This document shows, in pieces, positions 1 to 10,616 of a stretch of 64,000 nt of DNA. This DNA is from an uncultured Nitrososphaeraceae archaeon. GTDB taxonomy: Archaea; Thermoproteota; Nitrososphaeria; Nitrososphaerales; Nitrososphaeraceae. The notes beneath the pieces are model-generated. The model was not told where the DNA came from, made no database searches, and saw nothing but the letters and a program-made list of their open reading frames with translations. Position 1 is the first letter of the stretch. Every line of letters begins with the position of its first letter. The translations under genes and the position numbers were made by a program. The stretch covers positions 34,014-98,013 of the forward strand of contig CAVSLF010000004.1 of assembly GCA_963728595.1 (NCBI GenBank). Reading direction: 5' to 3'.

Positions 1-149
1 AGGGGGTCATTCCATTGTTCTCTTCTCCTGGCCAGAGTTGAAGAAGTTAATTATTTTTTCTATCGTGTATCTAGTCCGTGATCTTAGTACTTTCTGCAGA
101 TAATTGGTCAACAGATATTTTTTAATAGGTAACCGCTACAATATTAGAT

Positions 150-1118
150 ATGGTGGATTTGATATATGGCCGTGGAATAACTGATATTGCACGAGAAATT
201 CCTTTATACTTTAATTTATTCCATAAGATGATAGGCATCAAACTTTTTCACGAAAAACCGGCACTATATGGTTCTGCGGATATAATCAATGTTTGTAATC
301 TTCACTGCTCTCATTGTTACTGGTGGTTAAACAGAAAGGAGGAAAAGAATGATTTAAGCGTACAAGAATGGAGACAAAGAATTAGAGAGACGTTCAAGAA
401 ACAGCATCTCTTTGTTATCACCTTGGTTGGTGGTGAACCGACCATGAGGCCCGAAATAATAGATCTATTTTGCGAAGAAATGCCTAGAAGAGTCTGTGTA
501 GTCACAAACGGATATTTTCCTCTCAAGAGATTTGAAAAACTTTATTTTTATTGGATATCTTTGGATGGTACTCAAAAGGCTCATGATAGCATCAGGGGAG
601 AAGGTACCTACGCCAAAACTAAGCAGAACATCCTAGAGTATATTAAAGGCCCTTCCAGGAATGGAAAGCCTGCCTGGAAAGATATATGGATTACAATGAC
701 TATTAATTCTATCAATTGCAGTACAGTGAATGATTTGGTCGACGAATGGAAAGGAATAGTAAACAAGATAGGCTTCCAATTTCATACTCCCTTTGTCAAA
801 GGAGACCCGTTATGGTTAAAATTTGGAGAGGAACGAAATGGCATTGTAGACGGTCTTATACAACTTAAAAGAGACTATCCGGATTTTGTGATAAATAGCG
901 AGAAGCAGTTGTCACTAATGAAAGGAAATTGGGGCGGCACTGGTACCACTCCTATTCAATGTCCCACATGGGCAATACTCTCTTTAGATCATATGGGGAG
1001 AATTAAACAGCCTTGTTGTATTGGAAGTGCCGATACGAAGGCACTAAAGCCAATTTGTGAGGAATGTGGCCTCGGATGTTATTCTGTATTAGTTGCAAAC
1101 GGCATTTCCGGTGCATAA
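150..1118 (+). CDS. Radical SAM protein with C-terminal Cys-rich (SPASM/Twitch-like) extension
   Basis: CNLHCSHC (CxxxCxxC), LVGGEP, VTNG and ISLDG motifs; C-terminal CPTW..PCC..CEECGLGC; true start may be downstream. Confidence 0.9.
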   Translation: MVDLIYGRGITDIAREIPLYFNLFHKMIGIKLFHEKPALYGSADIINVCNLHCSHCYWWLNRKEEKNDLSVQEWRQRIRETFKKQHLFVITLVGGEPTMRPEIIDLFCEEMPRRVCVVTNGYFPLKRFEKLYFYWISLDGTQKAHDSIRGEGTYAKTKQNILEYIKGPSRNGKPAWKDIWITMTINSINCSTVNDLVDEWKGIVNKIGFQFHTPFVKGDPLWLKFGEERNGIVDGLIQLKRDYPDFVINSEKQLSLMKGNWGGTGTTPIQCPTWAILSLDHMGRIKQPCCIGSADTKALKPICEECGLGCYSVLVANGISGA

Positions 1119-1207
1119 AAAACCGACAAGATTTTCAGTCTGCTTGACTCCACTAGCGATGGAATGCGTCTCGGAATTCAGTGAAATACAAAAGGAAGTA
1201 ACATCCA

Positions 1208-1256
1208 GAGGCCGTAATATTTTTCATGAGGCCGTAATATTTTTCATGAGGCCGTA
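1208..1256. repeat. 20-bp tandem repeat, about 2.5 copies
   Basis: GAGGCCGTAATATTTTTCAT twice, then GAGGCCGTA. Confidence 0.9.
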
Positions 1257-1465
1257 TCCCACGTGGCAGAGTTCGTCGCGCATGAGAAGACGCTTCAGAT
1301 AGATCAGTGACTATAATGTTGCTTTCAAGTTGAAATTTCGTCATCTCTGCAGGATGGGTCTGTTCATTAGCCAGAGTCGAAAGTGTTTCCAATCGAGGTT
1401 GCCCAGCTTTGATTTTAGGTTAGAGTATTTTTAATCCTAGTGAAGCAATTATCGTGTAAACAAAC

Positions 1466-1882
1466 TTACTGAACTCCCGTCGGGACCCCTTTTATCATTT
1501 TCCTAATGGCTCCATCTTCTATCATTGCATCAATTAACGAATTGATTTCTCTTCTGCTATTTCCTCCAGATAGTACAAAAGTATCTATCGCCTTCAATTG
1601 GATATGAATTCTCAATGCATTATGTATCAGCCTCATAGCATTCAATATTGAATTGCCAAGAATTGTAGTGCTGATCATATCGTTTTGTCTCTTTACAAGT
1701 CCTGTTTTCGCTAATTTTCTAATTCTAAAGTATAATTGTTTTTTTGTCAACTTTAACCCCTTACTTAATTGCGCGATGGTATAACCATCCCGTTTCATAC
1801 TTACAAGTTTCAAAATCTCAAACGTATTATGGTCGGAGATCACTTTCAAAACTTCTATGCTTCGAGTATCTCCTGTGTCCAT
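1466..1882 (-). CDS. Winged helix-turn-helix (ArsR-like) transcriptional regulator
   Basis: VLKVISDHNTFEIL...LKLTKKQLYFRIRKLAKTGLVKR pattern. Confidence 0.75.
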   Translation of the reverse strand: MDTGDTRSIEVLKVISDHNTFEILKLVSMKRDGYTIAQLSKGLKLTKKQLYFRIRKLAKTGLVKRQNDMISTTILGNSILNAMRLIHNALRIHIQLKAIDTFVLSGGNSRREINSLIDAMIEDGAIRKMIKGVPTGVQ

Positions 1883-2208
1883 GCCGGATTTAGTGAAAAA
1901 GTATAATTAAGTTTGGTTAGAGAATTCAACAGGAATTGTCCCTGCCGCTGAACTTTTCATTTAATTAACCAATAAATCCGAATTGACAACTATTAGACCC
2001 TGCCATAATAGCCAGTTCACAATGAAACTAGATTACAATAAAGACACGATTCACACGGATCTGCGGAAGGCATGGTATGTGGATGATTTTGGACGGGAAT
2101 TCTCAGATCATTCATTCATTAGAACGACATGATCAGAAAAACTCATCATAAAAGATATGCTTTCAATAGAATTCAAACTTTCGTATGATCACTATTGTCC
2201 TTTGGTTA

Positions 2209-2733
2209 TTATTTTTTCTTTGGGGAGGAAATCTCTTGAAGTTTTCTGGACTGCGCGATACCTATAATTGGTAAATTTGTACAGTCTAAAAGACCTATCT
2301 GTGCAAGTACGGAAGCCTGATCCCAGTAAATGTGTTCATGAACAATCCTGTTTCTTTTAAATTTCATCACAACGACGTGTGGAATCTCCACATATTTTCC
2401 TGTAGGAGCAATTCCTGCAAGCATATACGGAATTTCGGTATCATGTGTAAAACATAAAATAAGCTCATCAACGACTTGATCTTTTCCAATTGTGCGAGAG
2501 ATACGCTTTAATTTTGTGTCATTAGGCATTTTGCCAACAAATTCAGTCTTATAGAAATTATAAACTTGATCAAAACCAATGCCTCCTGTCATTGTGGCTA
2601 CATGATGTACAATAGGTTCCTTTACCATGGTCTTCATTGTTGCGTCAACATCATGATCAACAAATTCATGCTTTACATGCCTATCGAATATATTTCCCAG
2701 GTTTACCCGTTTTCGCTGCTCACGCTTAGTCAT
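2209..2733 (-). CDS. SnoaL-like ester cyclase / NTF2-fold protein
   Basis: HVKHEF..DVDATMKTM, ISRTIGKDQVVDE, PTGKYVEIP, HEHIYWDQASVL; start placed at MTKREQ. Confidence 0.85.
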   Translation of the reverse strand: MTKREQRKRVNLGNIFDRHVKHEFVDHDVDATMKTMVKEPIVHHVATMTGGIGFDQVYNFYKTEFVGKMPNDTKLKRISRTIGKDQVVDELILCFTHDTEIPYMLAGIAPTGKYVEIPHVVVMKFKRNRIVHEHIYWDQASVLAQIGLLDCTNLPIIGIAQSRKLQEISSPKKK

Positions 2734-3092
2734 CTCACTTTCTCCACACATCAACCTGCTGTGGTAAACTTCCTAATTTCTTTTTCCCTAGATCTACATT
2801 GAATTCTAATGTAAACGGTTTCACGTTTTATTTCCACATAATATTGTAGTCAACATTGTAAAAAAGGATCAAACACGAGCATGTCGAAATCAATCTCTTT
2901 GCTACTGACAAAGAAAAATAGCAAGACGACAACGCGAGCTAAACACAACTGCAGCGAGATCCAGCAGGATAAATTATAAGCGTCATTGTGCATTCTTCAC
3001 TAGTGATTACAGCCATTCCATCTTTGAGCTCCTTGTTTACTTATTGTGCTACTCTTTTGGAACAGAAACACTTTGACAAGGTGAGGAAGGTG

Positions 3093-3461
3093 CTATCTTC
3101 CTTCGATAATGTTTTTTAATATATGGCGATGACAGTGTGGGTTTCTCTCTGCTTCATAACATATTAGCGTGATAAAACTTGGATTAGGATTTGTAATTGA
3201 TCTGGATATTTCACGAAGCGTCTCTAAATGGGCTTGGGCCTTATCACTGCGGGACATCTCTTTTCTGTATTCTGATTCGAAAACCTCCCAAGTAATTTCT
3301 CGGTTTTTCCATTTCTGAAGTAAATATTGGGACGGTGCTAACGCTGGATACCATAAATCGTAATGTGTTCTTTTTACACGTCTGGGATACCTGGCGACCA
3401 ACAACCTAACCCCATCTGTATCTTTCTTAGGATCACGAATTGATTTTGTCTTAATTATCAT
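3093..3461 (-). CDS. DUF488 family protein (YeaO-like)
   Basis: DGVRLLVARYPR, WYPALAPS, WEVFESEYRKEM, LICYE....HCHRHIL. Confidence 0.85.
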   Translation of the reverse strand: MIIKTKSIRDPKKDTDGVRLLVARYPRRVKRTHYDLWYPALAPSQYLLQKWKNREITWEVFESEYRKEMSRSDKAQAHLETLREISRSITNPNPSFITLICYEAERNPHCHRHILKNIIEGR

Positions 3462-3589
3462 TTGGAGTGTTGTTTGTTGTTAATTCATTCCCACGAAATA
3501 AGGGTAACCATTAAAGAAAGAAAGTCTAGGAGTGAGGAAATCAAATCAATAATGCGAATGAACAATTATCAAATATGGCCTGTATATGA

Positions 3590-3985
3590 TCATGCATTAG
3601 CGAACGAAAACTCATCAATGATTAATTTTAGCATATATCTGTGGCAGTAGGGATTATCATCTTTTTCGTAGCATAGGAGTCTAATTATTTCCCCTTTCTT
3701 GCTGCGTTCCCCCAGATTCCGTATTGCCTTGAGACTCTTAGCGCTCTTCATTTCAGCTGTATATTTAATTGAAAATTTTTTCCAATCATGAGGAGTCACA
3801 TTGCTCTTTTTCCATTCATCGTGTGTGTCAATGCGCGGAGCCAGTTCTGTAATATGTTCGTCACAATCAACCCAACCATATCTCTTATTGGCAACTAGGA
3901 CAACCGTTTCTTCGTCTCTTTTCTTTCGAATACGATCGAGGTGATTTTTATTGTAATCTGATGCACAGCCTACTTTAACTGGCAT
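3590..3985 (-). CDS. DUF488 family protein, second paralog
   Basis: ELAP, WKKFSIKYTAEM, LLCYEKDDNPYCHRYML. Confidence 0.75.
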   Translation of the reverse strand: MPVKVGCASDYNKNHLDRIRKKRDEETVVLVANKRYGWVDCDEHITELAPRIDTHDEWKKSNVTPHDWKKFSIKYTAEMKSAKSLKAIRNLGERSKKGEIIRLLCYEKDDNPYCHRYMLKLIIDEFSFANA

Positions 3986-4428
3986 TATTTTATCCCTCTT
4001 TCGTCATTCATACAACTTCATCCCTTCAATACCTATTTTTCTCAAAACTTTCCATATATACTATGAAGTCTCATCATAATTTGATACTATCCTCTGCCAA
4101 GAGGGGGTGCCGCATTGATGGTTGCGGCTAGCAGGCAAGCACTAATCAGGGTCATTTCTATCTAGGGAGTTCTCAGCCACTTAATGTTACATGACAGGCA
4201 ATAAAAAGAAACCAATATGGAAGTTAGAGTCGTGAACTTTATGTTTCGACGAGAATGAATATTCTCCAGGCTAGCTATTCGTTAATTTGCTCGCAGAGGT
4301 GATTTTTGAAACTTCATGTCTAAATTATTTAATTAAGCTATCCCCTTGAACTGTCGATGACAATTTTTAGCGGTCTGTAAGCTTTCGCTAATCTTCGGCC
4401 TCTAATATGAATGATTAATCCGATAATT

Positions 4429-4551
4429 ATGAAGAAAACATCTTCAATTAACCAAGTCAGTTTAGATGATATTTTTAGACCCATACGCGAATACAGAGAC
4501 AAGATACACCGCTTGTATCTCGAAAGTATCTCCAGTACCGAAAATGACTAG
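4429..4551 (+). CDS. Possible 40-aa microprotein
   Basis: Hand translation MKKTSSINQVSLDDIFRPIREYRDKIHRLYLESISSTEND; no recognisable family. Confidence 0.3.
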   Translation: MKKTSSINQVSLDDIFRPIREYRDKIHRLYLESISSTEND

Positions 4552-5026
4552 TTTATAAAACCTAGTGTCTTAAGGCGTAGAATTTGTTTCGTAAGATCTA
4601 TTTTATTTTGCATAGGAGCGTTAAATGTTGTTGCATGAGAAGGTTTATTCTTTTCTCTGTACCCTTAACTTCGCCTAACAGCGCTTTTGGGATATCTTGA
4701 AGGGTATTAACGAAGTAATACCTTAAATGAATCAGGGCGGACTCAGAATATTATGAATGACTCACTGAACTCAACATGCTTTGTTCATTGTAGCCCTAAT
4801 CCATACCTATGAATGATTTGTAAGAAATAAGATACAGATCAACTGGATACAAAGTTTTAATATCTCCAAAATTCTTCGGTATGAGTCTGTTGAGATGGAA
4901 TGTCCCGGTAAATGTGAAATACTGAATGCGAGACAAGGCAATTCTTTCATTAACAGCCGTCATCGATCAAGGGAATCCTGATCAACTAAATTGTGAGGAA
5001 CTTATGCGGATGTTACTCGTTTTGTT

Positions 5027-6049
5027 ATGAAAATGTTAAGCATACATCAATTCTTTATTATCTACACTCTATTGCTATTTACATCTGCCATCATTGCGGT
5101 CACTCCTAGTAATTATGTGGATGGAGCTCGTGACGGAATAACAGTTGCATTTGTTGGTGATATATCTTGCAATATTACCGGAAGAGCTACTATTAATTCA
5201 ATCATGGCTGACAATCCTGATGCATTTGTTATTTTGGGTGATATGTCATACGGGCCTTCTGCGGGCTGTTTTTATAGCTATGTTAAAGATCTGAAAAATC
5301 AAGGCGTTACTGTTAGATGTGACATCGGTAACCATGATTCAGAACAAGAACAGTCAGACCAACTAGAAAAATGGTACTGGAATCTTTGTGCTGGGGGCAC
5401 CTCTCAGAAAGGATTCTGGAAAATTCGGGCTGGTGACATTAGCATTTTGGGTCTCAATACCCAGTGTGATGGAAATAGCAGTCATTCAGCAACAGAGCCA
5501 CCTTGTGACGTTGGAAAAATAATAAAATTCTTGAAGGAAGGGGATAGGACCAGATTTGTTGTTGCCACGGCACACAGGCCACTATGCGACTCGCCAATAT
5601 CAAAAAGTCCAAAATTTGAATGTAATAAGCAATTGCTTGATGAATTTGATCGCCTAGGAGTGACAGCAACTGTGAGCGCAGATAATCATTGTTCGGCTTA
5701 CAATGACAAGAAGTTTATTGCTGGCGCAGGAGGCAGATCTCACTACGCATGTTCGGGTTGGGATTGGATTGATGACACAAAATACGCCTATCTTTTTATG
5801 GAATACAAAGAAAACAAATTAGATTTCGTATTCAAGCATTTTAAGACTAAGGCTGAAATATCGCCTCATTTTTCAATAGATAACAACGAAAACCAACAAG
5901 TGTTGCCTGCAAATGCCACAGGGAATCGGACGCATGTTTTAATACATACACTAGACGGAACCGTAGAGTTTAAGGACAAAAATGGAACCATATACTATCA
6001 GATACCAACTGTACCTGGAATCGTTCCTATCCCTAGCGAGAAAAAATAG
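5027..6049 (+). CDS. Secreted calcineurin-like metallophosphoesterase (divergent)
   Basis: N-terminal hydrophobic signal; VGDISC, LGDMSY, GNHD, HRP; last metal motif is SADNH rather than GHxH. Confidence 0.85.
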   Translation: MKMLSIHQFFIIYTLLLFTSAIIAVTPSNYVDGARDGITVAFVGDISCNITGRATINSIMADNPDAFVILGDMSYGPSAGCFYSYVKDLKNQGVTVRCDIGNHDSEQEQSDQLEKWYWNLCAGGTSQKGFWKIRAGDISILGLNTQCDGNSSHSATEPPCDVGKIIKFLKEGDRTRFVVATAHRPLCDSPISKSPKFECNKQLLDEFDRLGVTATVSADNHCSAYNDKKFIAGAGGRSHYACSGWDWIDDTKYAYLFMEYKENKLDFVFKHFKTKAEISPHFSIDNNENQQVLPANATGNRTHVLIHTLDGTVEFKDKNGTIYYQIPTVPGIVPIPSEKK

Positions 6050-6207
6050 CTATTTGTCCAACACTTTTTGATATCCAGTCAGGCGGGAATTTGAATTCTA
6101 ATTTTGTAATTATTGGCATTATAGATGCTGTTGGCGTGGATCTTGTTAACTTGCTTTCGTTATTTCGGCCAGCTTCCTTAAATAATCTTTTGATCATAAT
6201 AACTACA

Positions 6208-6426
6208 ATGAGTCATGAATCTGAATTGTCAAATACGATGTATGATCTATTGCATGCAATGGGAAAAGACGCTGGCTTCCTTTACGAAACTATTGATACG
6301 TACATCAAGGATGCACAAAATGCAAATAAATCTGATTTAGTAGAGACTTGGCAAACCATCAAGAAGGATCGACTTAAGCATTTACATATGTTAAAACAAG
6401 CCCTCGAGAAAGAAATTCACGGATAA
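6208..6426 (+). CDS. Small helical (ferritin-like hairpin) protein
   Basis: MSHESELSNTMYDLLHAM...YIKDAQ..WQTIKKDRLKHLHMLKQALE; start moved to internal ATG; T-rich terminator follows. Confidence 0.75.
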   Translation: MSHESELSNTMYDLLHAMGKDAGFLYETIDTYIKDAQNANKSDLVETWQTIKKDRLKHLHMLKQALEKEIHG

Positions 6427-7043
6427 AACCCTCTTTTTTTCAAAATTTTACTTTATAATTTTCAAAGAAAAAAAGAGAAACAGAGTGAATGCCGCTTCTT
6501 ACTTATCGAATTAATTGCGTTCAAGAATATTGTCATAATAATTTGTTTTATCTCTGTTTGGCGTAATGTACTGGCTCAATTGATCCCACTTGAGGTAATA
6601 TCTGCGGGGTAAGCGAAATACTCATGCAATTCCGTGGACAAAAATGATGAATGAATTGGACGTGTTGAGCACAGAGCCAACTTCCAGGGATTAATAGGAT
6701 ACGGAGTGGTAAAGTCTTTGAAAGAGCCAACGAAGTATAACTATTAAAATTTTTGAAGGAAGATAAATATTCCTTTTTATTACTTCCAGACAAACGTCGT
6801 GTATTTAGTAGTAATGTAAGTTATGATTAACGAATGCACTTTCGATTTTTTTGTGAAGGGAATGCTGCATCCATACATTCTTGAAAGCCTTTATCCTCAA
6901 GGCCCAAACATTTTGTGTTGTTTTTGGCAGCTGAGCTTGGTCTCTTGTTCGATACATTTGGATCAACAGAAAAACAATAACATAGCATGTAGGGAACTAA
7001 TTTTTTTGTCCGCCTAGATTAGTTTTTAGTATTCTATTTTCAA

Positions 7044-8387
7044 TCATAAAAGCTTTATCATACATTGAATTGGAAAATGATCACTGTATCCCGTATTAGC
7101 GTCTCTGCCTTGTGGAATACTTCTATTATCAGCTTTAAAATCAGCTGTTTCCTCATTATAGTAATATTTTAAAAATACAAATTCCATAGGCGTACTTTTC
7201 AGTGATGGGTGAATCCTTTTTTTGTCCGTATAGTAACTTTTATCTGTGCTATCATCAAACCTATCGGGGGTTAAATTGTCGACTAACCTAAGTCCATTGT
7301 AGGCAATTCTTACACTATTTAACATTATTTGTAACTTCTGCTTTCCATAATATAATCCACGAGAGATTACAAATTGATCAAATATGCTCCATCTGTTGTC
7401 TCTCCAATAATGAATAGTACCGCCTGGAACGTTTGGGTCCTGTGCCTGTTCCTTTCCGCATGAAATTGGTGCTTGATTCGCAATTAGATTTGGCTCAGCA
7501 ATTAACTTCCACATACAATTGAATAAGGCAGCGCTCTCTTCGAGGTAATATTTTTTGAATGAAATACCTTTGATATTCCTTTCTTCTCTGACACGAAGCT
7601 CAAAAATTTCTTTCCAGCCTCTACAAAATCGTATATCTGGCACTCCTCCAAGATATCGTAGGACGCTTTCATCATATGGATCGTCATTAAAATCGCCCAT
7701 TACTATTACATTTTTGTTCCATTCGTTTTCAAGTTTCTCAAGATAGGCGCTATTTTCATGAACAAGTAATTCCTCTGGCATTTGAATTAGTTCTTCTTTT
7801 GGTATCTTTAATATTGTATCTACTATTTTACCACAACTTTCGGCAACTGAATTTCTTGCGTGAGCTGTATCATTGGGCTGGCAACTTTCAAATTTACCTC
7901 TCCTGGAAGGCCAGTGATTTACCAGAATATACAAATCGGCGTCATTAGATTTGACTTTGAGATGAGTAAGAAGAATATCTCTGGTGGGGTACCTGAAATC
8001 AATAGAATACCCCTTAGTATCAATAAGCTCAAAAATGTCCCTTGAATAAACCAAGCAAACATCAATTCCTCTCAAATCAGGACTATCTTTATAGTCGGCT
8101 ATCAAATATTTATCGCGACCTATTCTATTTATCAATTCTTGAAGAATATATTTATCTTCCACTTCAGATAATCCGAGCAAATCTGGCTCATTATTTTCTA
8201 CACCGTCTATTCCAAAGTCCATGGATCGGATTACTTTCGATAGATTGCCCAGTTTTGTATTCTTGACATTATCTGTCCAACCATTTTCTGGGGTAAATTC
8301 AAAGTCTGTTGCGATATAATTTTTGTAGGTTCCAAAGAGATTCTGCAAGTTCCAGAAAGCTGCTTTTATTAACCTGGTTTCGCTCAT
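7044..8387 (-). CDS. Endonuclease/exonuclease/phosphatase (EEP) family protein
   Basis: FWNLQNLF, LSEVE, RGIDV, NHWPSRRG, MGDFND, FDQFVIS, GYSDHFP. Confidence 0.92.
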   Translation of the reverse strand: MSETRLIKAAFWNLQNLFGTYKNYIATDFEFTPENGWTDNVKNTKLGNLSKVIRSMDFGIDGVENNEPDLLGLSEVEDKYILQELINRIGRDKYLIADYKDSPDLRGIDVCLVYSRDIFELIDTKGYSIDFRYPTRDILLTHLKVKSNDADLYILVNHWPSRRGKFESCQPNDTAHARNSVAESCGKIVDTILKIPKEELIQMPEELLVHENSAYLEKLENEWNKNVIVMGDFNDDPYDESVLRYLGGVPDIRFCRGWKEIFELRVREERNIKGISFKKYYLEESAALFNCMWKLIAEPNLIANQAPISCGKEQAQDPNVPGGTIHYWRDNRWSIFDQFVISRGLYYGKQKLQIMLNSVRIAYNGLRLVDNLTPDRFDDSTDKSYYTDKKRIHPSLKSTPMEFVFLKYYYNEETADFKADNRSIPQGRDANTGYSDHFPIQCMIKLL

Positions 8388-8463
8388 TAGTACTTGGTCT
8401 TCATTGCAATATTAAATTCTTTTTTGACTTACCATAATCTTAGGGCCATGTCTATTTGTTTCA

Positions 8464-8961
8464 TTAGCTTTTATTTAGAATCTTTGCCGCTATTGATCTA
8501 ATACCTGTTTTTGAATGCTTACTGGTGTCAATAGTAATGTGTTCTTCTTTTACAGGTTCATAAATTCTCCTCATCTTTTTATAAACTGAAAAATTAGCAT
8601 CCGAATAATCATGTTTCCTTTGTCGCAGCCGTAAGATGACTATATCCTCAGGACAGATACATTCTATTATATGAAAGTCTTTACCAGCAAGACCTAACTT
8701 CTCTTTTATTTCCCGTCTTGAGACTTGTCTTGTAAATGTAGCGTCCAGAATACAATTTATGCCTACCTTATCAAGATATCTGGCCATCAGTACCATAACA
8801 TCATAAATCAATCTTCTTTCCCTCCATCCGTACATCGGTCTGGAGAATAGCTCTTTCCTTATTTTATCAGTGGATAGGATAACAGCGTTTACCAATGGAG
8901 CAAGCTCTTTTGCTACAGTTGTTTTACCAACTCCCGGTAATCTACATATAATTATTATCAT
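8464..8961 (-). CDS. P-loop kinase (AAA_33 family)
   Basis: MIIIIC-RLPGVGKTT, STDKIRKEL, ILDATF, RLRQR, SDA; start moved to internal ATG; first Walker A Gly reads Arg. Confidence 0.85.
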   Translation of the reverse strand: MIIIICRLPGVGKTTVAKELAPLVNAVILSTDKIRKELFSRPMYGWRERRLIYDVMVLMARYLDKVGINCILDATFTRQVSRREIKEKLGLAGKDFHIIECICPEDIVILRLRQRKHDYSDANFSVYKKMRRIYEPVKEEHITIDTSKHSKTGIRSIAAKILNKS

Positions 8962-9433
8962 TACAGATATTAGTATCTCTATCAATAAAAGGAATATCAT
9001 TTTATAATATGGTGTATAATTACTTCCAATTATTAATTGCGAATATTTCATTATGAGTCTGTCTACACTCATAACTATTGATATCCACGCATGGGTCTTA
9101 ACCAGCCATTATATTTGATTGTAAAATTGAAGCGAAAAAGAATGTTCTTTCTTATTGCATATTAATAAAAAGGCCCAGATAAACTCTGGTAAAGATAGCA
9201 TCACAGTAATGAGTAATACTATCAAGGAATTTTTTCTCTTGCTTGTATTTGTTTTAATGGGGGATTAGAGATTCTATTCGAATATACTAACGTTGCTATC
9301 CGGAATAGTTCTAAAAAATAGAGATAGAAGAACACACCATTGTTTATACTGTTTTAATTAGTTCAATAAGGCCAAATTTTCTTACCCTCATTTTTTTCAA
9401 AGCCCGTTTATACTATAATGTCAATGCCAAATT

Positions 9434-9751
9434 ATGAATAAAACAAAAACAGCAATGTTGGCGATTTTGTGCATCGGAATGCTGACTGCCCTAACTTTAT
9501 CGACCCTAACCTTTGCGGTGAATCCTGCATTTGCCAAGAAGAAGCATTGTGACAAGACTGACAACGGCTGCGATGCGATAAAAGCAGAGAAAAAACAAGA
9601 TGACTCGAAAAAAACAAATGAGGACGAGACACAACAAAGTATAAATAGATCTCAGGCAGAGATGGATAATTCCACCCTGCCAATTGATTCACAGTCCGAG
9701 GATCCGTTCTCACTGGTAGGAATAACAGGGAGTAACTCGACTACTGAATAA
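9434..9751 (+). CDS. Small secreted hypothetical protein
   Basis: Signal peptide ending PAFA; Cys pair; charged low-complexity tail; TTTATA about 25 nt upstream. Confidence 0.75.
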   Translation: MNKTKTAMLAILCIGMLTALTLSTLTFAVNPAFAKKKHCDKTDNGCDAIKAEKKQDDSKKTNEDETQQSINRSQAEMDNSTLPIDSQSEDPFSLVGITGSNSTTE

Positions 9752-10128
9752 CGAAGACCGTTCAATATAAAAAATAGTCTGGGCAGTACGATTTGTATCT
9801 GTCCTCCCCAGTTCTTTTTACTGAACATCTTCAGAGTTATTCTAATACTAATTTCAGGCCGTCATCTTTAAAACCAAATTTATAGATCGATAAAAAATCT
9901 CCTTGCCATGGTCAATCATTTACACGTCGTATTATATAGTTTGAAGAAGCGAACTTTTTCGTCAAAAATCTTTCTATCTTTCTTATGCAAAAACGATCTG
10001 AAATGTTCCCACTTTGTTAGTTCGAATTCTGCTGCAGTTCTAAAAAAAGAGATTACTTTATCTCTATGAAAGCATCATTTATTGTTTAAAATTGAAAATG
10101 ATGTTACTATAAGGAGAGAGTTGGTATG

Positions 10129-10320
10129 TCATGCGGGATTTATAGATTTAGCCGACATATATCCTGCATAACAGACTCCTGCCCCAATGATTATCAGTAC
10201 AGTACCTATAGCCGGATAATAATAAATCAGGATGGCCGTAAGTGTTCCTGAGTAAGATTCGTAAATGACAGCAAGCCCGAACACAATTAGGATTGCACCG
10301 AATACGTAACGTACAGCCAT
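10129..10320 (-). CDS. Small membrane protein (2 TM)
   Basis: Two hydrophobic segments in 63 aa. Confidence 0.65.
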   Translation of the reverse strand: MAVRYVFGAILIVFGLAVIYESYSGTLTAILIYYYPAIGTVLIIIGAGVCYAGYMSAKSINPA

Positions 10321-10616
10321 GTTAATTGCAAGATATTAACCGGACTATAAGATTCATTACGGTTTTGTATTCCAACCAACCATTTCCCAGTATTACAATT
10401 GGTGTAAAAGACATTGGTATTGTTATATCTCAAACGTAGCCATACAGAATTTTTCACATTTTTTCTTTCATTTTTGCTGGCCAGTTTATCATATTCATAT
10501 TATATTTTTTGAATAGAGAAAAAAAACGAGATGTAGCGACAATAAAAATCAAAGTTAAGGAGATCTAAGCTGGCCATTGAGATGATTTCCTCTACAACTA
10601 CTTGTAGATTCTGTTA

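Noticed and set aside
1208..1256. 20-bp repeat as mini-CRISPR or iteron set
   Set aside because: Only 2.5 head-to-tail copies, no spacers, no rep gene; a simple duplication
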